DNA of 62,575 nt, counting the filler. It is 10 parts of 10 records of this genome, joined end to end, with 100 filler letters (N's around TTAATTAATTAA, not from the genome) between each part and the next. Parts side by side here need not be neighbours in the genome. Positions count along the whole stretch, not along the records: positions 11,574 to 16,791 come from SRR7504441_11331; positions 16,892 to 32,917 come from SRR7504441_11340; 8 more parts are not named here. One strand, written 5' to 3'. A program made the position numbers and the translations under genes. Positions 11,638 through 21,474 of the stretch are shown in pieces. The notes under the pieces were generated by a model. It searched no databases and was not told the origin of the DNA. It saw only the letters and a list, made by a program, of their open reading frames with translations. Position 1 is the first letter of the stretch. The number at the start of each line of letters is the position of its first letter.

Positions 11638-12285
11638 ATGCCGAAGAGCCAGGCCTCCTTTGGCGGCCATGGCGTCGTTGTATTGCTTCCAGAGGACTCC
11701 GAGGCCCACTCACGCGCGCGCTCGACCATGGAAAAGGGTGCGACATTATTCAGCCCCGAGCTCGAACTGTGCACGTCGTGGCCGCCTCATGTCACCATCG
11801 CCGCCGGGCCATGGCTCGACGAGGCAGCGGCAAGGCAATGCGCTGAGCATGTGGCTCGGCAGACAGCTCCGTTTCAAGTGACGCTTGGACCGCGAGTGGA
11901 GGTAGAAGAGGACGAGGGTGAGCATCGCGTTGCTGCCTATTCTGCCGACCAGACACTTCGAGGTGGATGGGTGGGAGCGACAACCCCACAGGCGCTGACA
12001 GACGGCACTGATCAATGTACAAATGAGTTCATGCGGCTGCATGGCGTTGCCATGACGTTCCTTAACAAGGAGTTGCACAAATTCGAGCCGCACTCGAGCC
12101 TTCACTACTTTGTGTCCGGAGAGTGCTCGGCTGCTCAGAAGGCTGTCATGTACGATAGCCTCAAGGCGACTTGGGAGACGCCTGTCAGCTTCCTCGCGCC
12201 CGGGCTTCACGTCACGCAATACCTCGGCAGGACACCAGACGAATGGAAAGCAATTGCCTTCTTCCCTTTTGAGGCACGTGAATAG
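11638..12285 (+). CDS. 2H phosphoesterase (cyclic phosphodiesterase-like)
   Basis: Two H-x-(T/S) motifs: WPPHVTI and FEPHSSL. Confidence 0.7.
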   Translation: MPKSQASFGGHGVVVLLPEDSEAHSRARSTMEKGATLFSPELELCTSWPPHVTIAAGPWLDEAAARQCAEHVARQTAPFQVTLGPRVEVEEDEGEHRVAAYSADQTLRGGWVGATTPQALTDGTDQCTNEFMRLHGVAMTFLNKELHKFEPHSSLHYFVSGECSAAQKAVMYDSLKATWETPVSFLAPGLHVTQYLGRTPDEWKAIAFFPFEARE

Positions 12286-12397
12286 CGACGAGCTTGTGTT
12301 CCAAAAACGGCATGTTTGACGAAGTCGCGCGTTGACGCAACACATTGCCGACACTCCCGCGCCCTCAGTCCGCTCGCCGCCGCCACCGCGCATCACC

Positions 12398-12619
12398 ATG
12401 AGCTCGGGCCGGAAGCGAGCCGCTTCTGCCTCACTGGAACGCGGTCCGGACGCGTCGCCCACATTGCCGACACCGTCGCTTTTGAAGGCGTCGGGCATGG
12501 TCACAATCAATGTCGGCGGCACCAAGTTCACATCGGCCGCGGATACTCTCTCGTCCGGCTCATCCTACTTCTCGCGGCTCTTTAGTGACCTATACCGTAT
12601 CCACTACTCGTACATGTAG
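12398..12619 (+). pseudogene. Truncated KCTD-type BTB/POZ (BTB_2) gene
   Basis: VTINVGGTKFTSAADTLSSGSSYFSRLFS then an abrupt switch to AT-rich intergenic-type DNA near 12586. Confidence 0.6.
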
Positions 12620-12806
12620 TCGTATTCTAATTACATGTACATGTAACATTTTTGTCGTAAGTTTCCGAACCTCTCATTACATAGCTCGAGCCTTAAGTAG
12701 CGGCTATAGGTACTCCTTTAATTGTTTAAATGATTATGTGCACGTACAGTTAGAGAAGAATGTGACGAATGTAGACGAATGACTTTGTCACTAACCATTG
12801 GCATCA

Positions 12807-15341
12807 TTATTGACCATCATGATTCTTGTATGGCGCTTCTGCTCGCGGTAAGCTCATGGCCGGCGGTGGTCCATAGTCAGCCAAAGAAGGAGGCATCCTG
12901 CACAACCGACTAAGCCTCCTCTGCAATGATCTAATCCAATCATGATCAGAGCGCGCTGCATGAGTGCCTTGGAAATGCGATGCCACCTTAATCACGGGTG
13001 TCTATTAACAGGCGTCGTACCTCGGCTATTTGCTCCATTATCGTAACGAACTCGTCAAACCCGATCGCACGGGGGCCTCCATTCTCGAACCGGCCTCCAT
13101 TCGGCTGGATCAGACCCCCATTTCCCTCCTGCGCCTTGCGCATCAGCTCCAACAGATCCAGCCTCAACGGATCCAGCCGCTCGAGCTCCAACGTGCCACT
13201 CCCAGTTACTTCAAACACCCGCCATGCCCGCGCCATGTCTGGCTCACCCCTCATGCCGGCCCGAGCTGGGGGCGCACTCTCGTGATTCTGGCTGACAAAA
13301 AGAGCCCGGCACACGTCGTTGATCTCGGCTGGAGCGTACCTGAACGGGCATTATTCCCTAATTGGGAAGGTCTGACGGGCACTATTCCCTAATCAAGAAG
13401 GTCTGTCGGGCACTATTCCCTAATCAGGAAGTCGATCTGGTCGTGCCTGGCCAGTTGGAGCTTCTGCACAATCACGCCCGCCTTCCGCATCTGCCGAGCT
13501 GCTCAGCACAAGGGCACCTTCCTAATTAGGCAATAACTGCGTCACACCTTCCTAATTAGGGAATAACCTGGAATGGATTCATCTGGAAGGTAGTCCCCAT
13601 CGGGAGCACCCCCAAAGCCGCCCAAACCTCCCCGAACGAGTCCCCGAGCGCCCCGAGCACACCGCTCCCGTCGTCGCTAGAAGAGCGACTGTCTTCCCCC
13701 ACCAGTTTGCCTGCCCACCGGCTCATTCCACAATTAGAAACGGCCGCACGCTGCAGATCGTCGTTCTTGGCCTCCAGTTCGGCCTTCTCTGCCTCCAGTT
13801 TATCAACCATGTCCGCGAGGTCCAGCACCTGCTCAGCAGTTACACCTGCCTAATTAGGGAATAACGCGCACCTGCGTCAGCATCTGCCGTTCGGTGCCCA
13901 TGCACGTGTAACTGCTCAGCCTGGATCTCCGCGACTTCGGACCGGGGTCCGCCGAGGCCGGCCTCCAGCGGGGTGTCGAGCCACCGGCCCACAACTGCAT
14001 CGCGCTGCGGTTGCTCCTCGGTTGCTCCTCAAGGGCTCTAGGAGTTGCCGGCCTGAACAGTTCGTCCTCCTCGATCCTGGATCTCTGCCTGGCTCTCCGC
14101 GACTTCGGAATGGGGGCGGTCGCGCCGCGAGGCTCGCTCCCCTCTCCAGTGACCCTCTCCAGCGAGGCTCGCTCCACGGACCCTCTCCTATCCCTCGCCA
14201 TCAGCGACCGGGCTGTCAAAGGACCAGACTGATCAGACCGCTCCCCCAACCTGCTGCCAGTCAGCGGCCTACGGGGCGCTGCGAGGCGCCTATCAAGCCA
14301 GGCTTCCGCGTCCGCCGAGCAGTAGATCGCCGGGAGCTCGTCCTTTCGCTCGCTCCGTCGCCGGCTGCTCGGGGCGGAATCGTGGGTCGATTTGGGGGAG
14401 GCGGATGGGGAGGGGGCTTTGCTCTCAATTGCGGACTCAATACTCGTCACGAGACTGTTGAGGGCTCTTGGAGTTGCCGGCCTGAGCAGTTCGTCCTCCT
14501 CGAGTCTGGATCTCCGCCTGGCGGATGGGGATGGGGAGGGGGATTTGCCCTCGATTGCCGAGTCAATACTCGCCACGAGACTGTTGAGCGCCTGACCTCT
14601 CGCTCGGGCTGGGCCAGCCCGGTGCCTGCCTGCCGGTCCTGCCCGCGCGGGGTCGAGAGCATCGTCTGCTCAAGCTGGTGCAATTGATCGTTCAGAAACT
14701 TGTCCCTCTCTGCCCTACCGTCGGCGGCTGGGCAGCCCCGACAAGCGCACGGCTGAAACCGAGTCCGATCGGGCCGGGCACTTCGATGCAGTACTCGATC
14801 GGGCCGTGACACTCAGCCGGATCACCGTCCCGGCCGGCTGGGAAACTCAGCTGCAACGACAGCGGCCTCTCTGTGGCCCTCGTAAGCCGGTCAGGCCGCG
14901 CGAGGTGCACCTTGGCAGGCCTCTCGGATCTGCCCGGCCGGCTGGCGGCGTGCCGGAGGCGGGGCACACCATGGCCATCGCCTCCTCGTAGCCGGATTCC
15001 CGCAGCCCGCGCCCATTCACTCGGGAGACGTAGCAACCTAGCCGCGCTTCCGGCCACTTTTGGGCGTCGCTGATTTTGGTGACAACCTGCCGCCGGTCGG
15101 CGCCGGCCGGCCAGGGGAGGGGCACCACTTGGGCCTCGGCCAGAGGAGCCAAGCGGTCCACCAGCCCGGCCACTTGTCCCTCGGTCAGCATGGCCATCGA
15201 GTGCATCGCCGTCCGCTGCGCGACCGACCGGCCGGCCTCCGCCGCCTCGGCGGCCTCCTGCTTGCGCTCCGCAGCGGCCGCGGCCACTGAGGCCGCGTTC
15301 CAGACGTACCGCTTGCAGTAACGGCCGCTCCCGGCCGGCAT
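12807..15341 (-). CDS. Hypothetical protein with PDZ-like segment, internal repeats, coiled coil and EF-hand-like C-terminus; multiple introns
   Basis: Spliced reading VSRVNGRGLRESGYEEAMAM ... EEDELLRPATPRAL repeats ... VLDLADMVDKLEAEKAELE ... RQMRKAGVIVQKLQLARYAPAEINDVCRALF ... IGFDEFVTIM. Confidence 0.65.
13340..13871 (-). repeat. Three introns (13340-13446, 13499-13567, 13829-13871) carrying six copies of a TATTCCCTAATTAGGAAGG-like motif; introner-like
   Basis: Motif visible as three ~31-bp tandem units, two units and one unit respectively; splicing all three restores the ORF. Confidence 0.8.
14027..14590 (-). repeat. Coding internal duplications (~120-bp units)
   Basis: ggagttgccggcctga-x-cagttcgtcctcctcga at ~14041 and ~14470; tcaatactcg-x-cacgagactgttgag at ~14437 and ~14563. 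Confidence 0.8.
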
Positions 15342-15407
15342 CGCGCCCCTGGCTACCGTAGTGTTATCTCACCACCATCTTAAGACCATGAGAGAAACGC
15401 CAACCGC

Positions 15408-16109
15408 GTGCTTGCCGTTCGGTTGGAGCACTGTTCACCACCCATGCTCATGGCCGCGGGGGGGCCCGACGCGCGGCACCCCAAGCCACCAGGCCCGCCG
15501 GGCTGCTCCGAGGCCGAGCGCAGCTGGCGTCGTTCCATAGCCGGCAGCCGGTGCGCCGTCCCGCCCTCCGGCCCACCCGGCGGCCGCAGAGGACCGTCCG
15601 CCTCGCCGCCCCGCGCCCGTCGGACCCCCCGCCGGGATCGGCCATCGGACCGGCCGGCGATCCGGCCGGTGTCGGGCCCGCGGCCGGCAGTGCACCGGGT
15701 GGCCACCGCGGGGTCGCGGGGGGATCCGGCGGCAGGTCGGGAGTGCGGTGCGCGAGTGGCAGGAAGCTACCTTTTCGCCGCTCGAACTCTGGCGGGCCGA
15801 CAGCCGGCGGCTGCGGGCTCGGTGTGCGGGTGGGCCCGGCGTGAGGTGAGGACGCCGGGCAGGTCGGTTGAAGATTGGCTACGCACCGAGCCGGTGGGGA
15901 GCGACCGGTTGCTGCGGCAACGTCTCACCGACGGTGGCGGCCGGGCCGGGGCCGGCGGACGAGGTGGGGCAGTGGCGGAGCAGCAGGCGCGGCTGGGACG
16001 GATTCGGAGGCTGGACGACGCGATTGCGGAGCAGGACAGTCAGTTGGCCGAGCTAGTCAGGCGGGCGCAGCAGCGGATCCCGAGGGTGCTGCCTCCCGAT
16101 TATTATTAA
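15408..16109 (+). CDS. Hypothetical protein, start and introns uncertain
   Basis: GC-rich ORF ending in a coiled-coil-like RIRRLDDAIAEQDSQLAELVRRAQQR before an AT-rich spacer. Confidence 0.45.
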   Translation: MLAVRLEHCSPPMLMAAGGPDARHPKPPGPPGCSEAERSWRRSIAGSRCAVPPSGPPGGRRGPSASPPRARRTPRRDRPSDRPAIRPVSGPRPAVHRVATAGSRGDPAAGRECGARVAGSYLFAARTLAGRQPAAAGSVCGWARREVRTPGRSVEDWLRTEPVGSDRLLRQRLTDGGGRAGAGGRGGAVAEQQARLGRIRRLDDAIAEQDSQLAELVRRAQQRIPRVLPPDYY

Positions 16110-16569
16110 TAATTGATCGCCGACGGGACCGTATGAAATGATATTAACAATTAGCCCGTGTGTGCCGTATGTTCAGCGTAAAGCTGTCGATTCGGTCGTA
16201 TCAAGCGCACTTTAATACAAGTACTCGTACGCGCACACCGATCGACCGATTCATGATATTAATTATTATTTAGCGGCCATCATGATTATCTTGGCAACAG
16301 ATAACTAGCAGATGCGAGCAATACGCGCCGGAGATTCGGGGACATCCCAGCGTCAGGGCGAGTGCACAATCAGCCGCGGCAACGAGTGCACTGCAGCCCC
16401 GCTAGAAGCCCCCCGCCGAGAGGAGAGGGAACCAAACGCGATGTCGCCGCTGGAGGGTTCGGCCTGCTGCCCCCGGACACGCTGGACGGCGACGACGCTC
16501 AGCCGGACCGAGGGCACCGCCTGGCTGAAGGCGACCGAGGCGAGCAGAGTGAGTTGGATGGGGTTTAAT

Positions 16570-16791
16570 CTTAAATTAAATCGTCGACATCGAACGGGCA
16601 CGGCGGCGCCTAGTCCCACCACCAGTGAGCCCGGGCGACCCGGCCGGACGGGCACCTTCCAGAATGTGGTGCTGGCGTGCTCGCAGTTGTCCATCTGGAC
16701 CAACCCTCCGTGGAAGCCGCCCCCCTTGCAGTTCTTGGCGACCTGCCGCGCGGGCTGGCGGGCGGGGCGGGCTGCCGGCACCTCGGTGGTC
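16570..16791 (-). CDS. 3' end of an unidentified spliced gene
   Basis: Two short GT-AG introns give ...TTE|VAKNCKGGGFHGGLVQMDNCEHASTTFWK|APPCPFDVDDLI*. Confidence 0.5.
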
Positions 16792-16891
16792 NNNNNNNNN
16801 NNNNNNNNNNNNNNNNNNNNNNNNNNNNNNNNNNNTTAATTAATTAANNNNNNNNNNNNNNNNNNNNNNNNNNNNNNNNNNNNNNNNNNNN

Positions 16892-18108
16892 GTGAGCCCC
16901 CGGGAGCAGCTGGGCGGTCTGAGGTGCCCGCCATTGCTTTGCGCTCGCAAGAATGTGAACTAGGGTGCCCCGGCCGCCGCCTGTGCCGCCTGTGCTCTCA
17001 CCCGGACAACATTTCCGCTGAGCGATCGAGTCCCAACCACATGTCCGTTAGGCTAGCTCTGACAGCGATGAGCGCGCTCGGGCGGCTCCCTCCGCGGGCA
17101 TCGTGCCGGTGCGGGGTGGGCTGCTCGGAGCCCTCGTTCGGGGCCTCGCCGGTGGCTGCATCGCCGGAGTCGACCGGGCTGTACTGCGCCGCCTGCAAGA
17201 AGCGGTTCCAGTCGGCCGCTGCGATGGCCAACCACCTGCAGAGCAAGAAGCACCTCCAGCGCGCCTCACCCTCCGCCCGGCCCGCCCAGTCAGGACCGCC
17301 CGTCAGTCCAGGAGCCGCTGATGCCGCCACTGCGGCCCTACACAGGGGCCGGCAGCATGAGGACCCGGTCAAGGCGGCCGCGGCGCTGGCCGAGGCTGCA
17401 GTGCTGTTCGCGGCCGCTGGGAGGCCACGGGAGGCGTACGCCAGCTGCTGCGAGGCCGCGGAGCTCCAGCCTCCTGTTGGGCTGGCCGCGGGCCTCGAGG
17501 TGCTTTGCGGGCGGCTGGCGCGGCCGTTCGAGCCAGCGACCGCTGTTGGGCATTATGAGAGCGCGCTGGCGGCCGAGGCGCCTGGGGCGGGGTGGCCGGA
17601 GGAGGCTATGTCCGGGCTGCTGCCGTTGGACCGGAGCGGGCTCTTGTGCGAGCTAGCGAGTGCTAGGAGCGCAGTGGCCGACTTTGGAGGGGCTCTGGCT
17701 GCGTACCAGCAAGCCAGCGGGCTGTGCGAGGGGGAGGGCCGGTGGGGGGAGGCCCAGCAGATCTGTGGGTACCGGGAACAGCTCAGCCGGCACATGGGCG
17801 ACCTTGCCGCCGAGTTTGCAGCTAAGTGTGGGGCCGTGGCTGCGGCCGTCCAACAAGGCGAGCCGGAGCCACGGCTGGTCAAGGGGATGCTCGAGCTGGC
17901 GCTGAGAGGCCAGGAGCCGGTTTGGTGTGGGCGGGCTGCGAGACTGGCTGCAGGAAGTGGAGGCCTGCTGGAGTTGGCGTGCGAGGCGTTTAACCGTGGC
18001 GATCCTAGCGCAGCGCGGGATATCGTGCAACTGCTAAGGTTAAATAGCGAGGATAGTGGTTCAGAAGCCAAGGGTGCGATTGATGCGCTATTGACGCTGA
18101 CGGTTTAG
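16892..18108 (+). CDS. C2H2 (JAZ/matrin-type) zinc-finger protein with helical/TPR-like repeats, 5'-partial
   Basis: YCAACKKRFQSAAAMANHLQSKKH. Confidence 0.7.
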
Positions 18109-18197
18109 ACGTTAAGCTCAATCAACTCACATGACTTTTATTCATATGTTTACACTCGTACACTCTCCGTACTCGTAGTCTGCTATAGAGGAAATGA

Positions 18198-20100
18198 TTA
18201 TCTTATCTTGAATCGACTGAGTACCGAGGCAAAGCGCACGGCCACTCGGGCGCCTCGGGCCACCAAGCCGCTTGTCGATGCCGCCGTGTGTATGCCGCGT
18301 GCCCAGGGCCGGCCTTGCCGCCGTTGGGCGACTCCTGTCCGTGCTGCATCCACACATCCGGCCATGCTTCCAAACCGAACCCGGCGGTCCATCAGTCCTG
18401 GGGCGTAGTGTGCGTACTTTGCAGAGTTGGTGATGAGCGTGGTGCTGTGGGGGGGCACCACAGGCTCAGTGAGCATGCACCAGCACGTGTCGTTCACCAC
18501 CCGTACTCCGAACCGCTCGATGGGTCCCAGAAACCCTCGCGCCGCAGCCTGCTCCGTGATGGTCCGGCTGGCAGTGGCTACTATGCTCACACTCGGGTGG
18601 CTTTCCCCCTCCTCGCAGAGCTGGGCGAGCATCTCAAACTCTGTGAGCGACAGGTGTGGGTTGCCCAGCGCCACTAGTTGCACTGGCTCAGGGTCAACCG
18701 CCGGCCCACCGCCGTCCAGCTGACCCCAGACCCGTTCAAGCTCGTCCAGGGTGAGCGACACGCTAGATGTCCCCTCTGGGGCGGCTGAGCTTGCCTCTGG
18801 AGTGACGCCTTCCATGTGAAACATGGCGGCTGTCCCTGTGGTCCCAAACGCTGCAGAGAACGCCTTGAGCTGATCCATGCTCGGGCGCAGCTGTTCCACG
18901 CCGGTCACCAGCGGCAGTTTGCCCGTGGCGGCCAACCCGCAGAGGTAGCCAAACACAGGCCAGAACGAGGGGTGGCCGCTGGCAGGCTCTAGCAGGCTCG
19001 CATCAAGCCTGACAGTAGCCTCCCGATATTCGGGCAAGTGGCACCCAGCCAGAGGGGTCCGCCCAGTGAGAGCCGCGCAGATGTCTAAATAGTCGGCATA
19101 CTTCTGGGTGCGGGCCCCCAGCACCTGCACCTTGGCTCAGCAGTCGCCCGACAGCACAGCGGACCGAGTTAGCAAACACGACAGCGTTCGACTCGCCCTG
19201 CCCAGCCCGTCAACGACCGACCCACCCAGCACGCACCCAGGCGATCTGCTCTCCCAACCGCGGCTTGCTCTCCAGTAGGTACGGCGCGCATGTGAAGCTC
19301 GGTGTAGCCCCGAGTGCGAGGTACGCCTCACCAAGCGCAGCGGATGGCTCGCCCCGCTCAGCTGGCACTCCGAGCTTGCGCCACTGGGCCCGGTCTACCG
19401 AGATTGAGTTGAGCGTAGTCGGGACCGCCACCTTGCCCCCGAGTTCCACGAGTAGCTCGGCGAACCTTAGCCCGCCCGGCCCGATGTACGTACATCCGTC
19501 GATGTGCGCCTGACTGATGGGCACTAGCCGCTCAGCGCCCTGCACCCGTCCGACCCTCACCACGATCCGCATCGCCAGCGCCGCCGCCTCGCCCCGCGCG
19601 CCGTCGAGCAGCTGTTGATCCTCCGCCGTCAGCTCGAGCTCCGGCAGGCCCGGCCCCTCGTCCGCGGGCCCGAGCACGGCCCCGTCCAGTGCCAGCGACC
19701 CCCCGGCCACCTGGGCCTCCCCGGCGGTGGCCATCGCGTCGAAATCGTCCGGGGCGAGCGTGACCACCGGGATGGACCGGCCGAAGAGCTCCTCGGCCAC
19801 AATCACTCCGAGCGCCAGGATCTCGTCCGGCTGGCTGAGCACCACCGCGGCGGGGGCCTTGCCGTTGAGCAAGAGCTCCAGCATCACCTGGCTGCCGGTG
19901 CACGAGCCCCGCCCGGACGGGATCGCCAGCACCGCCCCGGCCACCGTCCGCCCGAACAGCGGGTGGTGCTGGTCGATCACCCGGCCGCTGGTCGGGTCCA
20001 CTCCGCCCCAGAAGCTCAGCCCGGTGTCGGCGTGCATCACCGGTCCCTTGCCTTCCCCCGCAACCAGCGGCCGGCCTGCTAGCTGTCCTGCCGTCGCCAT
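18198..20100 (-). CDS. acnX: Aconitase X, fused swiveling (DUF126) and catalytic (DUF521) domains; cis-3-hydroxy-L-proline dehydratase-like
   Basis: LSFWGGVDP...HHPL...GRGSCTGS; AHIDGCTY; FTCAPY; W|GESNAVVFANS|VLGART; GNPHLS; DTCWCM; TNSAKYAHY; two ~40-nt introns. Confidence 0.92.
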
Positions 20101-20226
20101 CGAGACAAGCCCCCCCTGACTGGTCTGCTGACCGGTCCCCAACCCGCACTGGCAGACTGGCACCACTCGAGCTCTCGTCAATTTTTTTTCGTGGCGCGCG
20201 CCAAGCCAAGCAGAGCGCGGACTCTC

Positions 20227-21057
20227 ATGCTCGCAGTGGTGGGCCGGGCGGCGCTGCGGGCGGGCGGCTGGCGGGCGCAGCGGATCGCCGCCAGGCTTTG
20301 CGCCGGGCAGGCTGAGAGCGGGAAGGAGACCCGGATCCGGGTGGTCTGGCGCAGCCCGGACGCGCTGGCTGGGTTCGGGGGGCAAACTCCGGCCGCCCAG
20401 ACGATCTGGGTGACCGGACTGGACCCGGACATCCGGGCGCAGGTGCTGGCCGACGCGTTCGTCAACTGCGGCCCGGTCGAGCAGGTCAGCCTGATAGACG
20501 ACCTCAGGCTGCCGCCGGACCGGCCAGCCGCCGGCCGCACCAACGTCCGGGCCTGGCGGGCGATGCAGCCGCTGGCGCCCCGGCGGGCGGCGTTCGTGCG
20601 GTTTGCAAGTGAGGTGATTGGCCGGCCCCCGCCGGGTGCTGAGTACCTGGGGCAGGAGGGCCGGCTGACGGCACTGAGGCCGGAGCTCAGAATGCTTGGG
20701 ATCGTGGTGCCCAGCGCCGGGCCTAAGAAGGGGGGCGCGGTCTGCCGGCCGCACCCGGCCGAGTGGCGCCGGTCGCTGATCGTGCGGGAGGGCCCGGCGG
20801 GGGAGCTGGACCCGGAGTTTGAGCTGCTGAGCGAACTCCAGAGGGTGCTGGGCCCGTACCTATGGGTGCGGAACTTCAGGCAAGCTGCTGGGCCGGACAA
20901 GGCCGATTACTGCTTGCTCAAGTGCTCGAGCCACGTGGAGGCCCAGGCGGCGTTGGAGATGCTTCGGATAGAGCTGGCTAAGCACAATCCGCAGAGGTTG
21001 CTCGCTGATTGGGCGTTGGACAGGCCACGTGCTGATAGGATCGGACTAGTTATATGA
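20227..21057 (+). CDS. RRM-domain protein with probable mitochondrial presequence
   Basis: MLAVVGRAALRAGGWRAQR...; TIWVTGLDP...FVNCGPVEQV; AAFVRF. Confidence 0.6.
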   Translation: MLAVVGRAALRAGGWRAQRIAARLCAGQAESGKETRIRVVWRSPDALAGFGGQTPAAQTIWVTGLDPDIRAQVLADAFVNCGPVEQVSLIDDLRLPPDRPAAGRTNVRAWRAMQPLAPRRAAFVRFASEVIGRPPPGAEYLGQEGRLTALRPELRMLGIVVPSAGPKKGGAVCRPHPAEWRRSLIVREGPAGELDPEFELLSELQRVLGPYLWVRNFRQAAGPDKADYCLLKCSSHVEAQAALEMLRIELAKHNPQRLLADWALDRPRADRIGLVI

Positions 21058-21211
21058 ATGTGGCTCAGATTAAATCGACTTAAAACATCTATTGCAAGTG
21101 CCGTGACTCAAAGCGACTCAAAACTTCGTGTACGTGTACGTATAAATAGAGTTCATATCACATGTATGTAGCTTACTTTGCATCCCAATCAGTCGCATGC
21201 ACATTGGCACT

Positions 21212-21353
21212 TCAGTGGGTGCGCTGTGTGAGCTTGGCGAGATCGTCGGTCATCTCGCCAGCCTTCTCGATCTCCTTGGCAGGGTTGTGGCCTGCAGCCA
21301 GCCACTCAGCGCGGCAGCCGCCCCCCCCGAGGCTCACAGCATAGGTTCCCCAT
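21212..21353 (-). CDS. 31-aa truncated paralog of the adjacent acylated coiled-coil protein
   Basis: ATG at 21353, intron 21292-21337, gives MGNLCCHNPAKEIEKAGEMTDDLAKLTQRTH*. Confidence 0.65.
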
Positions 21354-21474
21354 CGCGGATAACGCCTTTCGCAACGGTCCCAGCCGTCCCAACCCATGGT
21401 TTGCGGTACGCCGTTCGGATTTCGGATGGGCCATTTATTCGCGTGCTGAGAGCGGCCGTTATCCATAAACGCCA

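Noticed and set aside
13346-13431. ~31-bp repeats resembling a mini CRISPR array
   Set aside because: Tandem units without unique spacers, inside a spliceosomal intron; no cas genes.
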